Positions 1-13,122 of a DNA stretch of 64,000 bases are shown here, piece after piece. The notes beneath the pieces were generated by a model. It ran no database searches. It was not told where the DNA came from and saw nothing but the letters and a program-made list of their open reading frames with translations. The translations under genes and the position numbers were made by a program. The stretch is from Eledone cirrhosa. Lineage: Eukaryota. The number at the start of each line of letters is the position of its first letter. Position 1 is the stretch's first letter. The stretch covers positions 33,480,001 through 33,544,000 of the forward strand of contig OZ024748.1 in assembly GCA_964016885.1 (NCBI GenBank), in the 5' to 3' direction.

Positions 1-136
1 TACGTTTATTGAATGATTTACCACAGATATCAGACTGATATGGCTTCTCTTCTCTAACCTTTGTCATCTCACCAGGAATACTAAACACTTTAGATTGTGT
101 TTCACATTTAATCTTCTCAGTCAACATATTTTCCAT
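1..136 (-). CDS. C2H2 zinc-finger gene, paralog 1 (N-terminus only; runs off the window edge)
   Basis: Minus strand reads [45 protein letters not shown], nearly identical to the N-termini at 53544 and 62058. The first finger has Cys->Ser, so this may be a pseudogene. Confidence 0.75.
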   Translation of the reverse strand, partial: MENMLTEKIKCETQSKVFSIPGEMTKVREEKPYQSDICGKSFNKR

Positions 137-192
137 GATTTTTTCTTCAACACAATATACAAATGTTTTACTCATAATATTTTTAATATTAT

Positions 193-971
193 GTAATACA
201 TACCCTTTTCAAAGACCTCCCTTTATAGATAAGAAATGCATAATCTGTAAACTAAGCCCCCATATTAACTGCAAGACTAGAAACATAGTATATAGCATAA
301 GATGTACCGAAGGACAATGTAAAGATAAGAATATAGTGTAGATAGGTGAGACAGCTCGTAGTATAGGACAACGATTAAATGAACACTGGCGAGAGCTTCA
401 AGATAGAAAAGATTCATCAGTACTCCACCAACATGCATAAAAGCAAATTAGAGAATATAGAAATAAAAATAAAATCTACACACAGAAAAGAGGCAATGTT
501 TAGACAAATCACAGAGGCAATAAACATAAATGAACTCCAACCAAAATTAAATAGAAAACATGAATGGAATAGCAACATCACAACTTACAATTAAGGACAA
601 AATGAAAACACACACACATAGAACAAACAACCAAGCAGTAACATGTAAATAAACAAATAAATAAACAAATAAAAACACACACAGACACCCGGATGCAACA
701 CATGCACAAACTAAGCACACAACACACACAAAAACAAGATGGCGTAAGACAGAACAAAGGAGAGGCACAAAACAAAGAAAAGAATCCCCAGTCACTGAAG
801 AGGTCAAAGAATGTGTGACGAAAGAACTTTGACAATATATGAACAACCGCCCGGTTGTGGAACCAACCAACCAACCGAAAATTTATAAATTCTTAAATTT
901 ATAATAAATTGGAGTGAAAGCAACTGGTGCGTGTGTTTCTTATTGGCAACATGACCCTCCCAAAGTATAAC
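193..971 (+). mobile_element. 5'-truncated Penelope-like element (GIY-YIG 3' end plus tail) inserted in the ZNF upstream exon region
   Basis: CIICK..NCKTRNIVYSIRC..*IGETARSIGQRLNEH and, after a frameshift, RQITEAININELQPKLNRKHEW. Flanked by a 17-bp direct repeat (176-192 / 972-988, 1 mismatch) that is single-copy in the paralogs. Confidence 0.8.
791..833 (+). ncRNA. Minimal type-I hammerhead ribozyme-like motif
   Basis: gtca-CTGAAGA-g-gtca..tgac-GAAA-gaac-TT-tgac. Stems I and II pair, stem III is very short. A decayed copy (GAAA->AAAA) lies at about 41538-41584. Confidence 0.55.
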
Positions 972-1390
972 AATATTTTTTATATTATATTCCTAAAAAT
1001 ATTTCTTCTTCTATATTTCCCTCAACTGTGATTTCAGTTAATATCTGAAGATAATACAAAATTATGTTTCATCCAAGTTTAGTTAAAATACAAAACCATA
1101 TCATAGAGAAGAAAATAAATTCCGTTTTGAGGAAATATTTCACAGTAATTCAACGACAGATTTATATAAACAGTGTTATATACGTTCTATTTAAAATGTT
1201 TTAGTCTTCAAATGATGATAAATAGACGTGATGCATCCAACATTGAAAATAATAATTTATCCCAATGTCATCTGGTATTCTGAAATAAGAAAGAAACAGT
1301 ATGAGATAATACAGAATACTAAATGTTATCCTTCTATCTCTATGGCAGTTTAGCGAAAAATTCATTCTGATAAGACTTTCTAACATCTCC
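972..1390 (-). other. Upstream exon/intron region of ZNF paralog 1
   Basis: Homologous to 53588-54135 and 62101-62450. Putative splice acceptors tatcttcAG (1045-1046) and tcttatttcAG (about 1280). Confidence 0.65.
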
Positions 1391-1504
1391 TCTCCTGGTG
1401 ACAGGTCAACACCGGTTTAACATATACATATATAAATATATATACACACACATATACATATACACATATACATATATATATATATGTATATATATATATG
1501 CAAC

Positions 1505-2217
1505 TTTTATAAATAACCGCAATGACAGAGGACGGAGACATCGTTATGCTAGCAGGGGACTTCAATGGTCATGTTGGACAGCTCCAGGATGGTTACACTG
1601 GGGTACATGGTGGGCACGGTTACGGGTCAAGAAATGAAGTAGTGAGACTTCTTGAATTTTGTGATGCAAGTACACTGACTATTTGCAACACTAACTTCCA
1701 GAAACCTGCCAACCACCTAATAACCTACAAATCAGGCGAGCACATAAGACAGATAGACTTCTTACTAGTTGGGCAGCGGGACAGGCAGATGGTGTCTAAT
1801 ACCAAGGCATACCCTGGGGAACAATGTACCCCACAGCATAAGTTAGTCGTTAGTGATATCTCAGTAAGCAAGAGATGGAATGAGACATACAGGAAGGTGT
1901 GTAAAAGAAAGGTCTGGAAGCTAAAAGACTTTTCACTAAAATACAAATTTAGGAAAGCCCTTCAAGATGTGTATGACGAAAAAGAAGACGATTTAGAGAC
2001 GTATGACATAGATGATAACTGGAATTTCTTACGGGACAACTTACTGCAGGCTACTGATGAAACTTGTGGCTGGAGCAGAGCTCCAACCAGACAGTGAATG
2101 ACCTCGTGGTGGAACAGCAGACTAGATAAGGCCATTAGAGACAAAAGACTAGCATGGAGAGCTTGGAAAAAGGGTGGGAGTAGGGAAGGATATACAGCCG
2201 CTAAGAGAGAATCTAGA
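1505..2217 (+). mobile_element. RTE-clade LINE fragment (AP-endonuclease C-half and linker)
   Basis: ORF 1522-2097: AGDFNGHVG, RNE..LLEFC, QIDFLL, QHKLVVSD. Confidence 0.9.
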
Positions 2218-2220
2218 CTA

Positions 2221-3286
2221 TAAGAGCAGGCTGAGGACCGAACCTTGATGTACTCCTACTTGTATCTGGAATTCCTCACTAAACTCTATTCATACCCTGA
2301 CTTTACTGAGAGTACCTCTGTACAAAGTTTGCAGTCCTCACAAGCCATTCCTCAACACCTAGTTTCCTTAGGGACCACCAGATGACAGATCGGCGTACCC
2401 TATCAAAGGCCTTCTCTAGGTCAACAAAGGCTAAGTATAGTGGCTTATTTTTCTCTAAGAACCTCTCTTACAATTGTCTCACCAAGAAGAGGGCATCTGT
2501 TGTACTCTTCCCAGGCACAAAACCAAACTGCATCTCATCTAGTTTGACCCTTTCTCTAATTAGTTGTGCTAATATCCTTTCTGCCACTTTCATAACCTGA
2601 TACATCAGTTTTATACCCCTATAATTGCTCCTCTCCAGAGCATCCCCTTTACCTTTGTAGCAATTTATGAGAATACTGCTGCACCAGTCTTTGGGTATGA
2701 CACCACCATATATAGCCTGATTTATGATGCGTGCAACCAGTTTAGTGCCTACGTCCCCTGATACCTTCAGCATCTCAGCAACTATTCCCGATGGTCCAGC
2801 AACCTTACCATTTTTCATTTCCTTAATCGCCTCTTGGACCCTATATTCATCAATCTCAATAGCTGGTCCCTCTGTCGGATCTACTAAGGTTAATTTCTCT
2901 CTCTCCCATTCATTCTCCACATTCATCAGTCTCTCATAATGACATTTCCAGGCGTCCTTTTTCTGATCATTCGTGACACTAAGTACACCGGCATCATTCC
3001 GGAAACATTTATCTCCAACAACATCCTGATTTGCATTGACACACTGCCTTGCAATGTGGAACACTGCACGCCTCTGATCTTCCCGTCACAGAACATTGGC
3101 AAACCTCCTACTCTCAGCCTCCCTGCGTGCTAAGTACACCTGATGTCTAGCTTCTCTGTTAGCGGCTGTATATTCTTCCCTACTCCCACCCTTTTTCCAA
3201 GCCTTCCATGCTAGTCTTTTGTCTCTAATGGCCTTATTTACTGTGCTGTTCCACCACCAGGTCACTCTCTGTCTGGTTGGAGCTCT
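2221..3286 (-). mobile_element. RTE-clade LINE fragment (RT N-half), same family as 1505-2217 but inverted
   Basis: KGKGDALERSNYRGIKL, QFGFVPGKSTTDA, LAFVDLEKAFDR, GVHQGSVLS. About 140 bp overlap in inverted orientation with 2077-2217. Confidence 0.9.
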
Positions 3287-3289
3287 AAT

Positions 3290-5285
3290 TTAAGGCCTTT
3301 TGATTCTAGGCCATGCTTCCATGTTTGGAATTTCTTCTCTAGTTCAGCCATTGATTCAGCTATGAGCGTTAGATCATCTGCGTATAGGAGTTCCCATGGG
3401 CAGCCGGTCTTGAACTCCTCTGTTATAGCCTGAAGGGCAATAATAAATAGTAGGGGCTAAGAATAGAGCCCTGATGAACACCAAATTTTACGCTAAACTC
3501 TTCACTATATTCGTTGTTAATTCTAACCTTGCTGACTGTTTCTTTATACATGGCTTGTATAGCTCTCACAAGCCATTCGTCAACACCTAGTTTTCTAAGA
3601 GCCCACCAGATAATCGAGCGGGGGACTCTGTCAAAGGCTTTCTCCAAGTCAACAAAAGCTAAGTGTAGGGGTTTACTTTTAGCTAGGTACTTCTCTTGTA
3701 GTTGTCGTACAATGAAAAGAGCGTCTGTGGTACTTTTGCCTGACACAAACCCGAACTGCATTTCATCTAGATCAATTCTCTCTCTGATTAGTTGCGCTAT
3801 TACTTTTTCCGTGACCTTCATGAGCTGGTCGATTAATTTAATGCCTCTATAGTTACACCTATCTAGGGCATCTCCTATACCCTTGTAGCAGTTAATGATG
3901 ATGCTGCTACGCCAGTCCTTCGGAACGGCCCCATTCTGTATGACTTGGTTTACTATCCGGGTGACCATAGTGTGTCCCACCGTTCCAGATGCTTTCAGCA
4001 TTTCAGCAACTATTTCCGAAGGCCCAGCCGCCATACCCGTCTTCATATCTTTGATTGCCTTACTTATAATACTACCTTTAACTAGCACTGCTGGTCCCTC
4101 TATTGGATCGATGTGGGGGAGACTGTCTTTCTCCCATTTATTCTCCTCATTTAGTAGCCTTTCGTAGTGACACTTCCAAGCTACCTTCTTATCAGCGCCA
4201 GTGATGGCAAGTACACCATCACCATTAAGGACAGACTTCTCCCCGACAATATCACGGTTTTCCTTGACACATTGCCTAGCAATCCTGAACACCTCACGTT
4301 TTTGGTCCTCGCGTTGTAGAACATGCTTGAACTTTCTTTCCTCTGCTTCCCTTCTTGCGAAGTACTCTTGTCTCCTAGATTCCCTCCTGGCCACTTGATA
4401 ATCTTCTCTACTTCCCCCATCCCGCCATACTTTCGAAGCCTGCATTTTGGCCTTAATTGACTTCTCCACCTTACTGTTCCACCACCACATTACTCTCCTC
4501 CTGCCTATAGGCCTGCTCCAGCCACAGACTTCATCTGCCGCCTTCAGCAGGTTAGCTTTCAGGAATTTCCACTGTTGCTCTTCCTTACTGTCGATAGCAT
4601 CAAGTAATATGCTTTTAAATTTATTATTGGCTGTGGGGTCCTTTAGCTTCCATATTTTTCTCCTGAGGATAGTCCTCCTCTGTTGTCGAGTACGTCTTGT
4701 CCTGACTATGAGTCTATGTTGGGAGGTGCATTCTTCATGTGGGAGTGATTTAGTGTTTACAACAGACACACTATCACTTCTTCTGGTAAGGATATAATCT
4801 ATCTGACTGGCGTGCTCCCCTGATCTATAGGTGATCAAGTGACTGTCTCGTTTTTTGAAGTTAGTGTTACAGATAGTTAGGTTATTTGCGTCACAGAATT
4901 CCAGGATTCTGGAGCCTTCCTCATTTCTAGTACCAAACCCACAGCCTCCATGGATTCCGTTATAGCCGTCACAATGTTGTCCAACGTGACCATTTAGGTC
5001 GTCAGCAATAATTAAGTAGTCACTGTCGGTTATTTGGGAGGTAGTGAGCATCAATGTCTCATAGAATCTGTCTTTTATAGCGCCAGGCAGTCCGGATTGG
5101 GGTGCATACGCAGATATTACTGTCACAGTAGTTCTATTTAGGACAAGTCTTATTTTAATTATTTTGTCGTTCACTCTATTTACGTCTATTATCTTATCTA
5201 CCCATTTTTCTGCTAACATCATTCCAACCCACCCAGCCCATTGTCATTTCCCACCCAGAAAAGCTTATAGCATCGTTTTTTACCC
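3290..5285 (-). mobile_element. RTE-clade LINE (endonuclease-RT), truncated at both ends
   Basis: 599-aa ORF 3423-5222 with SAYAPQ, QIDYIL, NYRGIKL, FVDLEKAFDRV, GVHQGS; a frameshift then continues into LLYADDL. Confidence 0.95.
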
Positions 5286-6486
5286 ACTTTGGTTGAAGAT
5301 GTTCTCACCAATGTGGTAGAGAATAGTATATTTAGAGAGTTGTAATGTCGCCACGAGGAACCAGGTTTGGTAGAAAGATATGATAGGAATATCGACAACG
5401 ACTTTAGCTTGTTTTTACATTCTTTATTATCAGAGGTTGAGCTGGCATGCCAAGAGAAATAAAAGAAATCAATTAAGATTACAAGAGAAAATACGGTCGA
5501 CTGGCTGAGGCGTTTAGCCAATTCCGTAGTAAAATTATTGTGTCGTTACATATTGTTTGTGCTGGCGGAGCAAAAGAACAAGTGGTGTTTACCTTAGCAC
5601 TGTCTAGCTCGAAGTCATAGCGTCCTCAAATCTTTGCGGGCTATTTCTCCCTCAGAACGCGTAGGGATACATCCTCTTCTACCGGCGCTGATTGGCTGAG
5701 CTGAGCCAAATCACGCACAGAGAATGTATGTGAGCTCGCGGAATGTAGGTCACTACACCACAATGAATCTAGCAGACCCACCCCTCCACCTGGTCTCTTG
5801 GATACAGCAAACATCAACCTCCTTACGTTCAAGCATTTCTACAACCTGGTTTTGGATTGCGTTTGGTGGGTGGGAACCGTGGGGCGCGGGGAGGGTGAGG
5901 AGGATGGGTTGGGGGCTATGTTGGCCATTCGCGGCCGAAACAAAGAGGGGGAGTCCTTGCCTTTTCGTCCGGCAGCATGAGGTGAATTTGTCTTTATCTT
6001 TGGCATTGTCACTGAGTGTCCAGATTTTTCAGACTCTCCAGAATTCCTTAGTCCATCCGTCATATCGAAAAGCAACCAGAAGTGATAGCATAGGCTGCTG
6101 ACTTATGATTGGTCCTAATAATAATGGTGGAGAGTGGGGGTGGATGGGAGGGGTATGGGGTAGCGAGAGGGTTTAAATAAAATCGAATTTTGGGCATAAT
6201 TGAACAAGCATATAACAGTAATAAGCGAATAATGGGATTTTAAAATACAAGAAGATTATTTAGAACAACCAGACAGAATTATAGAATAGCATTGAGAGAG
6301 AGCAAAAGATTGGATTCTGGGCGATGATACGGATATATGAATGAATGGACCGAGAGGCCGGAGAGACAAGAAAAAAAAAATGGCATTTTACATTACATTT
6401 CGCAGGGGGGCGAGCAGGTCTGACCATTAATAAGCGTTGATATATATATATATATATATATACATATATATATGTATATTTCTATA

Positions 6487-6529
<43 letters not shown>

Positions 6530-6530
<1 letters not shown>

Positions 6531-7040
6531 AAAATACGTATTTAAGAAAGCCACAACAATGCAAAGGGAAATCTCGAGGTAGGAAGTGAAATATAGATAG
6601 GAAAAACAGGTGAAAGTGAAAGTTGAGAGAGACAAAGATGAAAACAAAACAAAGGTAGAAGGGTTACCGTAGTAGAGATTTAATACCAATATTTCGGGCT
6701 CACGCCCATCAACGGGGGAAAAGTTCCAAAAGGGGGGAAAACAGGCCAAGCGGAGAAAGTGGTGATGTCGTTAAGAGTCTTAACGACATCACCACTTAAC
6801 GACATCACCACTTTCTCCGCTTGGCCTGTTTTCCCCCCTTTTGGAACTTTTCCCCCGTTGATGGGCGTGAGCCCGAAATATTGGGATTACATCTCTACTA
6901 CGGTAACCCTTCTACCTTTGTTTTGTTTTCATCTTTGTCTCTCTCAACTTTCACTTTCACCTGTTTTTCCTATCTATATTTCACTTCCTACCTCGAGATT
7001 TCCCTTTGCATTGTTGTGGCTTTCTTAAATACGTATTTTT
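6530..7040. repeat. Fold-back inverted repeat (about 245-bp arms), probable PLE terminus
   Basis: 6530-6775 is the near-perfect reverse complement of 6796-7040. The apex carries a duplicated cttaacgacatcaccactt. Confidence 0.85.
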
Positions 7041-7079
7041 ACACATTTCACAATGCTTCAAGCAAACTTTAACACCCTC

Positions 7080-7089
7080 ATATATATAC

Positions 7090-7131
<42 letters not shown>

Positions 7132-7718
7132 ATATATATATACATATCCATATATATATACATATATATATATACAATCAAATTATAAACGTAAACATGT
7201 AACATATATATACATATATATATACATATACATATATATATACATATACATATATATATACATATACATATATACATACATATATACATATACATATATA
7301 TATACATATATATATACATATACATACATATATATATACATATACATACATATATACATATATATATACATATATATATATACATATATATATACATATA
7401 TATACATATATATATACATACATATATATACACATATATACATACATATATATATACATATATATATACATATATATATACATATATATATATACATATA
7501 TATATACATATATATATACATATATATATATACATATATATATACATATACATATATATATACATATACATATATATATACATATATATATACATATATA
7601 TATACATACACATATATATATACATATATATATACATATATATATACATACATATATATACACATATATATATATACATATATATATACATATATATATA
7701 CATACATATATATATACA

Positions 7719-7784
<66 letters not shown>

Positions 7785-7868
7785 CATATATATATACATA
7801 CATATATATACATATATATATACATACATATATACATATATATATACATACATATATACATATATATA

Positions 7869-7906
<38 letters not shown>

Positions 7907-8020
7907 CATATATATATACATATATATAAATATACATATATATATACATATATATACATATATATACTTACATATATATACATACATATATATACTTATA
8001 TATATACATATATATACATA
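7080..8020. repeat. Compound (TA)n/CA microsatellite
   Basis: About 940 bp of TATATATACA-type units; source of the spurious Y/I/M ORFs. Confidence 0.97.
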
Positions 8021-8134
8021 TAGTAATAGGATATACGTTCCTTCACGCACAAGGCGCCAAGGTACGCATGTATTGTCCAACCAAATGCCAGTGTGGTTCA
8101 ATGGCGGGTTAATAAATTAACGAGCCAGAACAAA

Positions 8135-8478
8135 TATAAACAAGGTTTAGCAAATAATGAAAAAGTTTCAAAATAAATTTTAAAAAATTGACTTTACCTA
8201 CCTTTACCGATCGGTTTCGAATCCCAAAAATAAAACGGAGATCTTCATCCACTCTCATCACAGGAACAGTTTTGATAGCGCTAGTTTGTGATTTAAATTC
8301 AGGAATTTTATATTCTTTGAATGAAAAGAACCTTCTGACGAGAATCTTTCTTTGCAACGAAGGCCGTATGGTCTCCGTTTTATTTTTGGGATTCGAAACC
8401 GATCGGTAAAGGTAGGTAAAGTCAATTTTTTAAAATTTATTTTGAAACTTTTTCATTATTTGCTAAACCTTGTTTATA
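8135..8478. repeat. Inverted repeat (about 105-bp arms) of a PLE-type terminus
   Basis: 8135-8240 is the reverse complement of 8372-8478. Confidence 0.85.
8330..8413 (+). ncRNA. Type-I hammerhead ribozyme
   Basis: acctt-CTGACGA-gaatc..gattc-GAAA-cc-gatc-gg-TA-aaggt. All core nucleotides intact, GUA cleavage site, palindromic stem III. Confidence 0.85.
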
Positions 8479-8635
8479 TATATACATATATATATATACA
8501 TATATATAAACACATATATATAGATATATACATACATACATATACATACATACACACATACATATATACATACATATATATATACATATATATACATACA
8601 TATATATATACATATATATATATACATATATATAT

Positions 8636-9460
8636 TCAGGTTTGAGGTTCACCTATAAATCTAAACAAAAATGTAACGTTCCAATCTTCTGCTCACACAT
8701 TATAACATACTGACCCCCACTATATTTACCTCTGCTAAGATACGGGTCCCTTTGAAAATATTTTTTTCGTGCCATTCCTGGCCTGACTGTAGTCTGACAT
8801 TAATATCGACCTTTCTTCCTCTTTCTTTCTATCTTTCTTCTTGTAGCCATCAACCCTGACTTTACTTCTTCCTTTTCTTCCTTCTCTTCCCCCTTCTTTC
8901 TGTCTTTCTCCTTGTGGCATGATATTAACTCTGACTTATCTTCCTCCACCTTTTTGTTTGCCTATATTTGACCGGTAGTAGTTGTTAAGATACGGCTCCC
9001 TTAGAATAAATTTGTTTCGCGACATTCCTGGCCTGACTGTAATACCGACCTTTCCTCCTCTTTCTTTCTGTCTTTCTTCTTATAGCTGACATTAACCCTG
9101 ACTTCTTTTCTTCCTTCCCCCTTCTTCTCTCTTTCTTTCTTTTTTCTTGTGGCATGATATTAACGCTGACTTATGTTCCTATCCCTTTCTGTTTTCCTTT
9201 ATTTCACCGGTAGTAGCACACTGTAAGCTTTAGCTATGTCACTTGAGGGCGACCAGCAAAGGTGGAAGATGCTGGATGGCGGTCGTCCTCGGGTCTTTGA
9301 TTTTCAACCCCATGGATTTTATCAATTACATTCACTTATTATATTTCGAATACCTGATGATATCACCGGGTTCATACGGAACCCGGTCATTGAAATGATC
9401 ATAGTATAATAAACCTTTCAAGGATTTACACAAGTCCAGCCTTCTGTCATTTCATTATAA
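8636..9460 (+). mobile_element. Non-coding PLE-like terminal region carrying a hammerhead
   Basis: Internal duplication of about 250 bp (8737-8980 / 8987-9216). The 3' part is homologous to 25018-25300. Flanked by (TA)n. Confidence 0.55.
9350..9407 (+). ncRNA. Type-I hammerhead ribozyme
   Basis: atac-CTGATGA-tatc-accgggttc..gaacccggt-catt-GAAA-t-gatc-a-TA-gtat. A mutated copy (CTAATGA) lies at 25193-25250. Confidence 0.75.
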
Positions 9461-9553
9461 TATACATATATAAATATATATATATATATATATACGTATA
9501 TATATATACATATATATATATATACATATATATATATACGTATATATATATAC

Positions 9554-9590
<37 letters not shown>

Positions 9591-9837
9591 CGTATATATA
9601 TATACACATATATATATACATATATATATATACATATATATATATACGTATATATACGTATATATATATACATATATATATATATACATATATATATATA
9701 GACATATATATAAATATATACATATATATATATATACATATATATATACATATATACATATATATGTACGTTATTCCGGGTTGAATCGGAGGTAACCACA
9801 GTAAGTAAGGTACTCAATACATAGCAGAGTATAAAGT

Positions 9838-9886
9838 GATTCCTGATGATTTCTAATGAATGAAACAGTTCTAGTCTTGTAGAATC
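9838..9886 (+). ncRNA. Type-I hammerhead ribozyme
   Basis: gattc-CTGATGA-tttc taat gaat-GAAA-cag..ttg-TA-gaatc, within a roughly 140-bp island between (TA)n tracts. Confidence 0.7.
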
Positions 9887-9910
9887 TCATCTATATTAAA
9901 ACCTATATAC

Positions 9911-9957
<47 letters not shown>

Positions 9958-9958
9958 C

Positions 9959-10119
<161 letters not shown>

Positions 10120-10130
10120 TATATATACAC

Positions 10131-10161
<31 letters not shown>

Positions 10162-10172
10162 TATATATACAC

Positions 10173-10257
<85 letters not shown>

Positions 10258-10270
10258 TATATATATATAT

Positions 10271-10315
<45 letters not shown>

Positions 10316-10322
10316 CATACAC

Positions 10323-11705
10323 AAGTCTCTCGTAGTGACACTTCCAAGCTATCTTCTTATCAGTATCAGTGAGCGCAAGTACACCATTATCATTACGGAC
10401 TCACTTCTCCCCGACAATATCACGGTTTTCCTTGACACATTGTATAGCAATCCCGAACACCTCACATTTTTGTTCCTCTTGTTCTAGAAAATGCTTGATC
10501 TTTCTATCCTCTGCTTCCCTTTTTGCAAGGTACACTTGTCTCCTAGCTTCCCTCCTGGCCACTTGATAGTGTTCTCTACTTCCCCCATCCTGCCATACTT
10601 TCCAAGCCTGCCTTTTGGCCTTGATTGTCTCCTCCATCTTACTATTCCACTACCAAGTTACTCTCCTCCTGCCTATAGGTGTGCTCCAGCCACAGATTTC
10701 ATCTGTCGCTTTCAGCAGGTTCACTTTCAAGAATTTCCACTGTTTCTCTATATTGTACATCTGTAATTGCTCTTCCTTACTGGCTGTGAGGTCCTTCAAC
10801 TTCCATATTCTTCTCCTCAAGGTAGTCTTTTGTTTTATGTTTATTGTTCATCACACACACACATATAATTGATATTCTCTTTGGAATTATTGATGAAACT
10901 TGTTAGTGACACAACTACAAGAGAAGTTCCGAGCCAAGATTAAGTTGCTTTAATTAGCTTTTGTAGATCTAGAAAAGGCCTTTGACAGAGTACCTCACTC
11001 TGTAGCTGGTGGTCCTTCAGAAATTTAGGTGGAGAATGGCTTGTGAGGGCAGTGCAAGCCATGTGCAGAGGAGCTGTCAGTAAAGTGAGAGTAGGAAGGG
11101 AGTTTAGTGAAGAGTTCAATGTACAGGTAGGTGTTAACACTGCTGTTCATCATAGTTCTCCAGGGTTTAAGACTGGCTGTTCACGGGAAACAGTCTATGT
11201 GAATGATCTGGTCCTTATAGCTGACTCCATAAAACAACTAGAGAATAAGTGACTCTACTGCATATGTTGGAAAGGAGTAGGCATAAACTGTACACAATGA
11301 TAGCTTCCACTATCTAGGTGGAGAGAAATGGAGCGACCATGCTTCGTTGGATGTGCAACGTAAATGTGAGAGGAAGGCAGAGCTTGGATAAATTGAGGAA
11401 GAAATTGGACTTCAGAGGAAACCGAATTGGTGTGCAAGAGAGAAGACTGCTTTGGTATGGATATGTGATATCCATGGATGGTGATCGCTGGTTAAAGAAG
11501 TGCCAGGGAATACCAAAGGAGAGAAGCCATACTAGAGGTAGACCAAGGAAGACCAGGGTAGATGTGGTGAGAGCTGATCTCAAATTGCTGAGACTCACAG
11601 AGGAGATGACGAAAGAACAAGCGAGTGTGGAGATGTTGTGCTTAAAAGGACCCATCCAACCCATGCCAGGATTGAAAAACGGACGTAAAACTATGATGAT
11701 GATGT
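10323..11705. mobile_element. Degenerate RTE with inverted 5' part (10323-10830 minus; 10893-11705 plus, (GAT)n tail)
   Basis: KNRDIVGEK-type linker on minus; AFVDLEKAFDRV..MLRWMC..RGRPRKT on plus. Duplicated at 30437-32442. Confidence 0.85.
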
Positions 11706-12397
11706 AGATGAAGTAAATTAAATCAGAACAGATTTAGACTAAACCGAACAAAACTTCCCTGAAACAACAAGGTACAGCTAAATATAAACTATACTTTATA
11801 ATGTAAGGTAGTGAACCACATAATTATGGAGGTATTTTAAATAATAAAGACAGTCATGATAACAATATATTTTATATCACATGTAACAGTGGAAATTGGT
11901 TAATTACTGGATTGTTGTAGTGTTTACGTAATTATATTATTTACACACCTTAATATAGACATTAAGTAAATATTTGTCAATTTACCTCCTTCAGATATAA
12001 TCAATGTGTTGTGTTGTTAGTTTTTACTAAACAACCAAAGAAATAATCTCTTTGTTATGAAATTAGAAGTTTCAAAGATGTTATCAGCTTTATTTCACGA
12101 CATTAACGTTGGTGTATCCTCTTCATCTTTAGTCATGAATTGATATCTTGTCAGAATGAAGTAGTGAGGCTGACTTTATGTCTTTAGCTGCACATTTGAT
12201 ATATATATATATTAGGTTGATATGTGGTCTAAAATATATATATTGTCTATAATTGACTGATAGCAGATGTTCTGGTGAAATAGTAGTTTTACTACTACAG
12301 ATTGTAATGGAACTCTTAGTAGACACAATTGTAAAGTAAGAATAGATATGACAGTGTAAGACTGATGTCGGGGAAAGAAAATTGTGTATATATATAT
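10323..12397 (+). repeat. Segmental duplication, copy A (copy B at about 31025-34620)
   Basis: Colinear shared RTE junctions and unique flank. Copy B carries extra Helitron and MITE insertions. Confidence 0.85.
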
Positions 12398-12852
<455 letters not shown>

Positions 12853-12854
12853 AG

Positions 12855-12970
12855 GCGTGTGGTTGAGTGCTTAGAGAATTGGATTCACAATCTTGAGATT
12901 GTGAGTTCGATTCCTGGACCGGGCGATGCGTTATGTCCTTGAGCAAGACATTTTATTTCACGTTGCTCCT
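12855..12970 (+). mobile_element. tRNA-derived SINE head (related family)
   Basis: ggcgtgtggttgagtg..gagttcgattcc..gtccttgagcaagaca; head-to-head with the previous SINE across (TA)n. Confidence 0.7.
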
Positions 12971-13067
12971 TCTACTTGGAGTTGCGACCGCTAGATAGTA
13001 CTAGCAACTGGAAAGGCCGACGCAAACATTGTTTCCTCGGTCCGATTTGACGAAAGTCGATCGACTC

Positions 13068-13103
<36 letters not shown>

Positions 13104-13122
13104 GTGTATCACACAAGTTATT

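Noticed and set aside
6853-6890. Hammerhead candidate ccgttgat-gggc-gtga-gccc-gaaa
   Set aside because: The CUGAnGA core is not intact and stem III is unconvincing, so it is not called as a ribozyme.
6981-8101. Long Y/I/M/C/V-rich ORFs (also at 9.4-10.3 kb, 23.7 kb and 29-30 kb)
   Set aside because: Translations of (TA)n/(CA)n microsatellites, which rarely contain stop codons.
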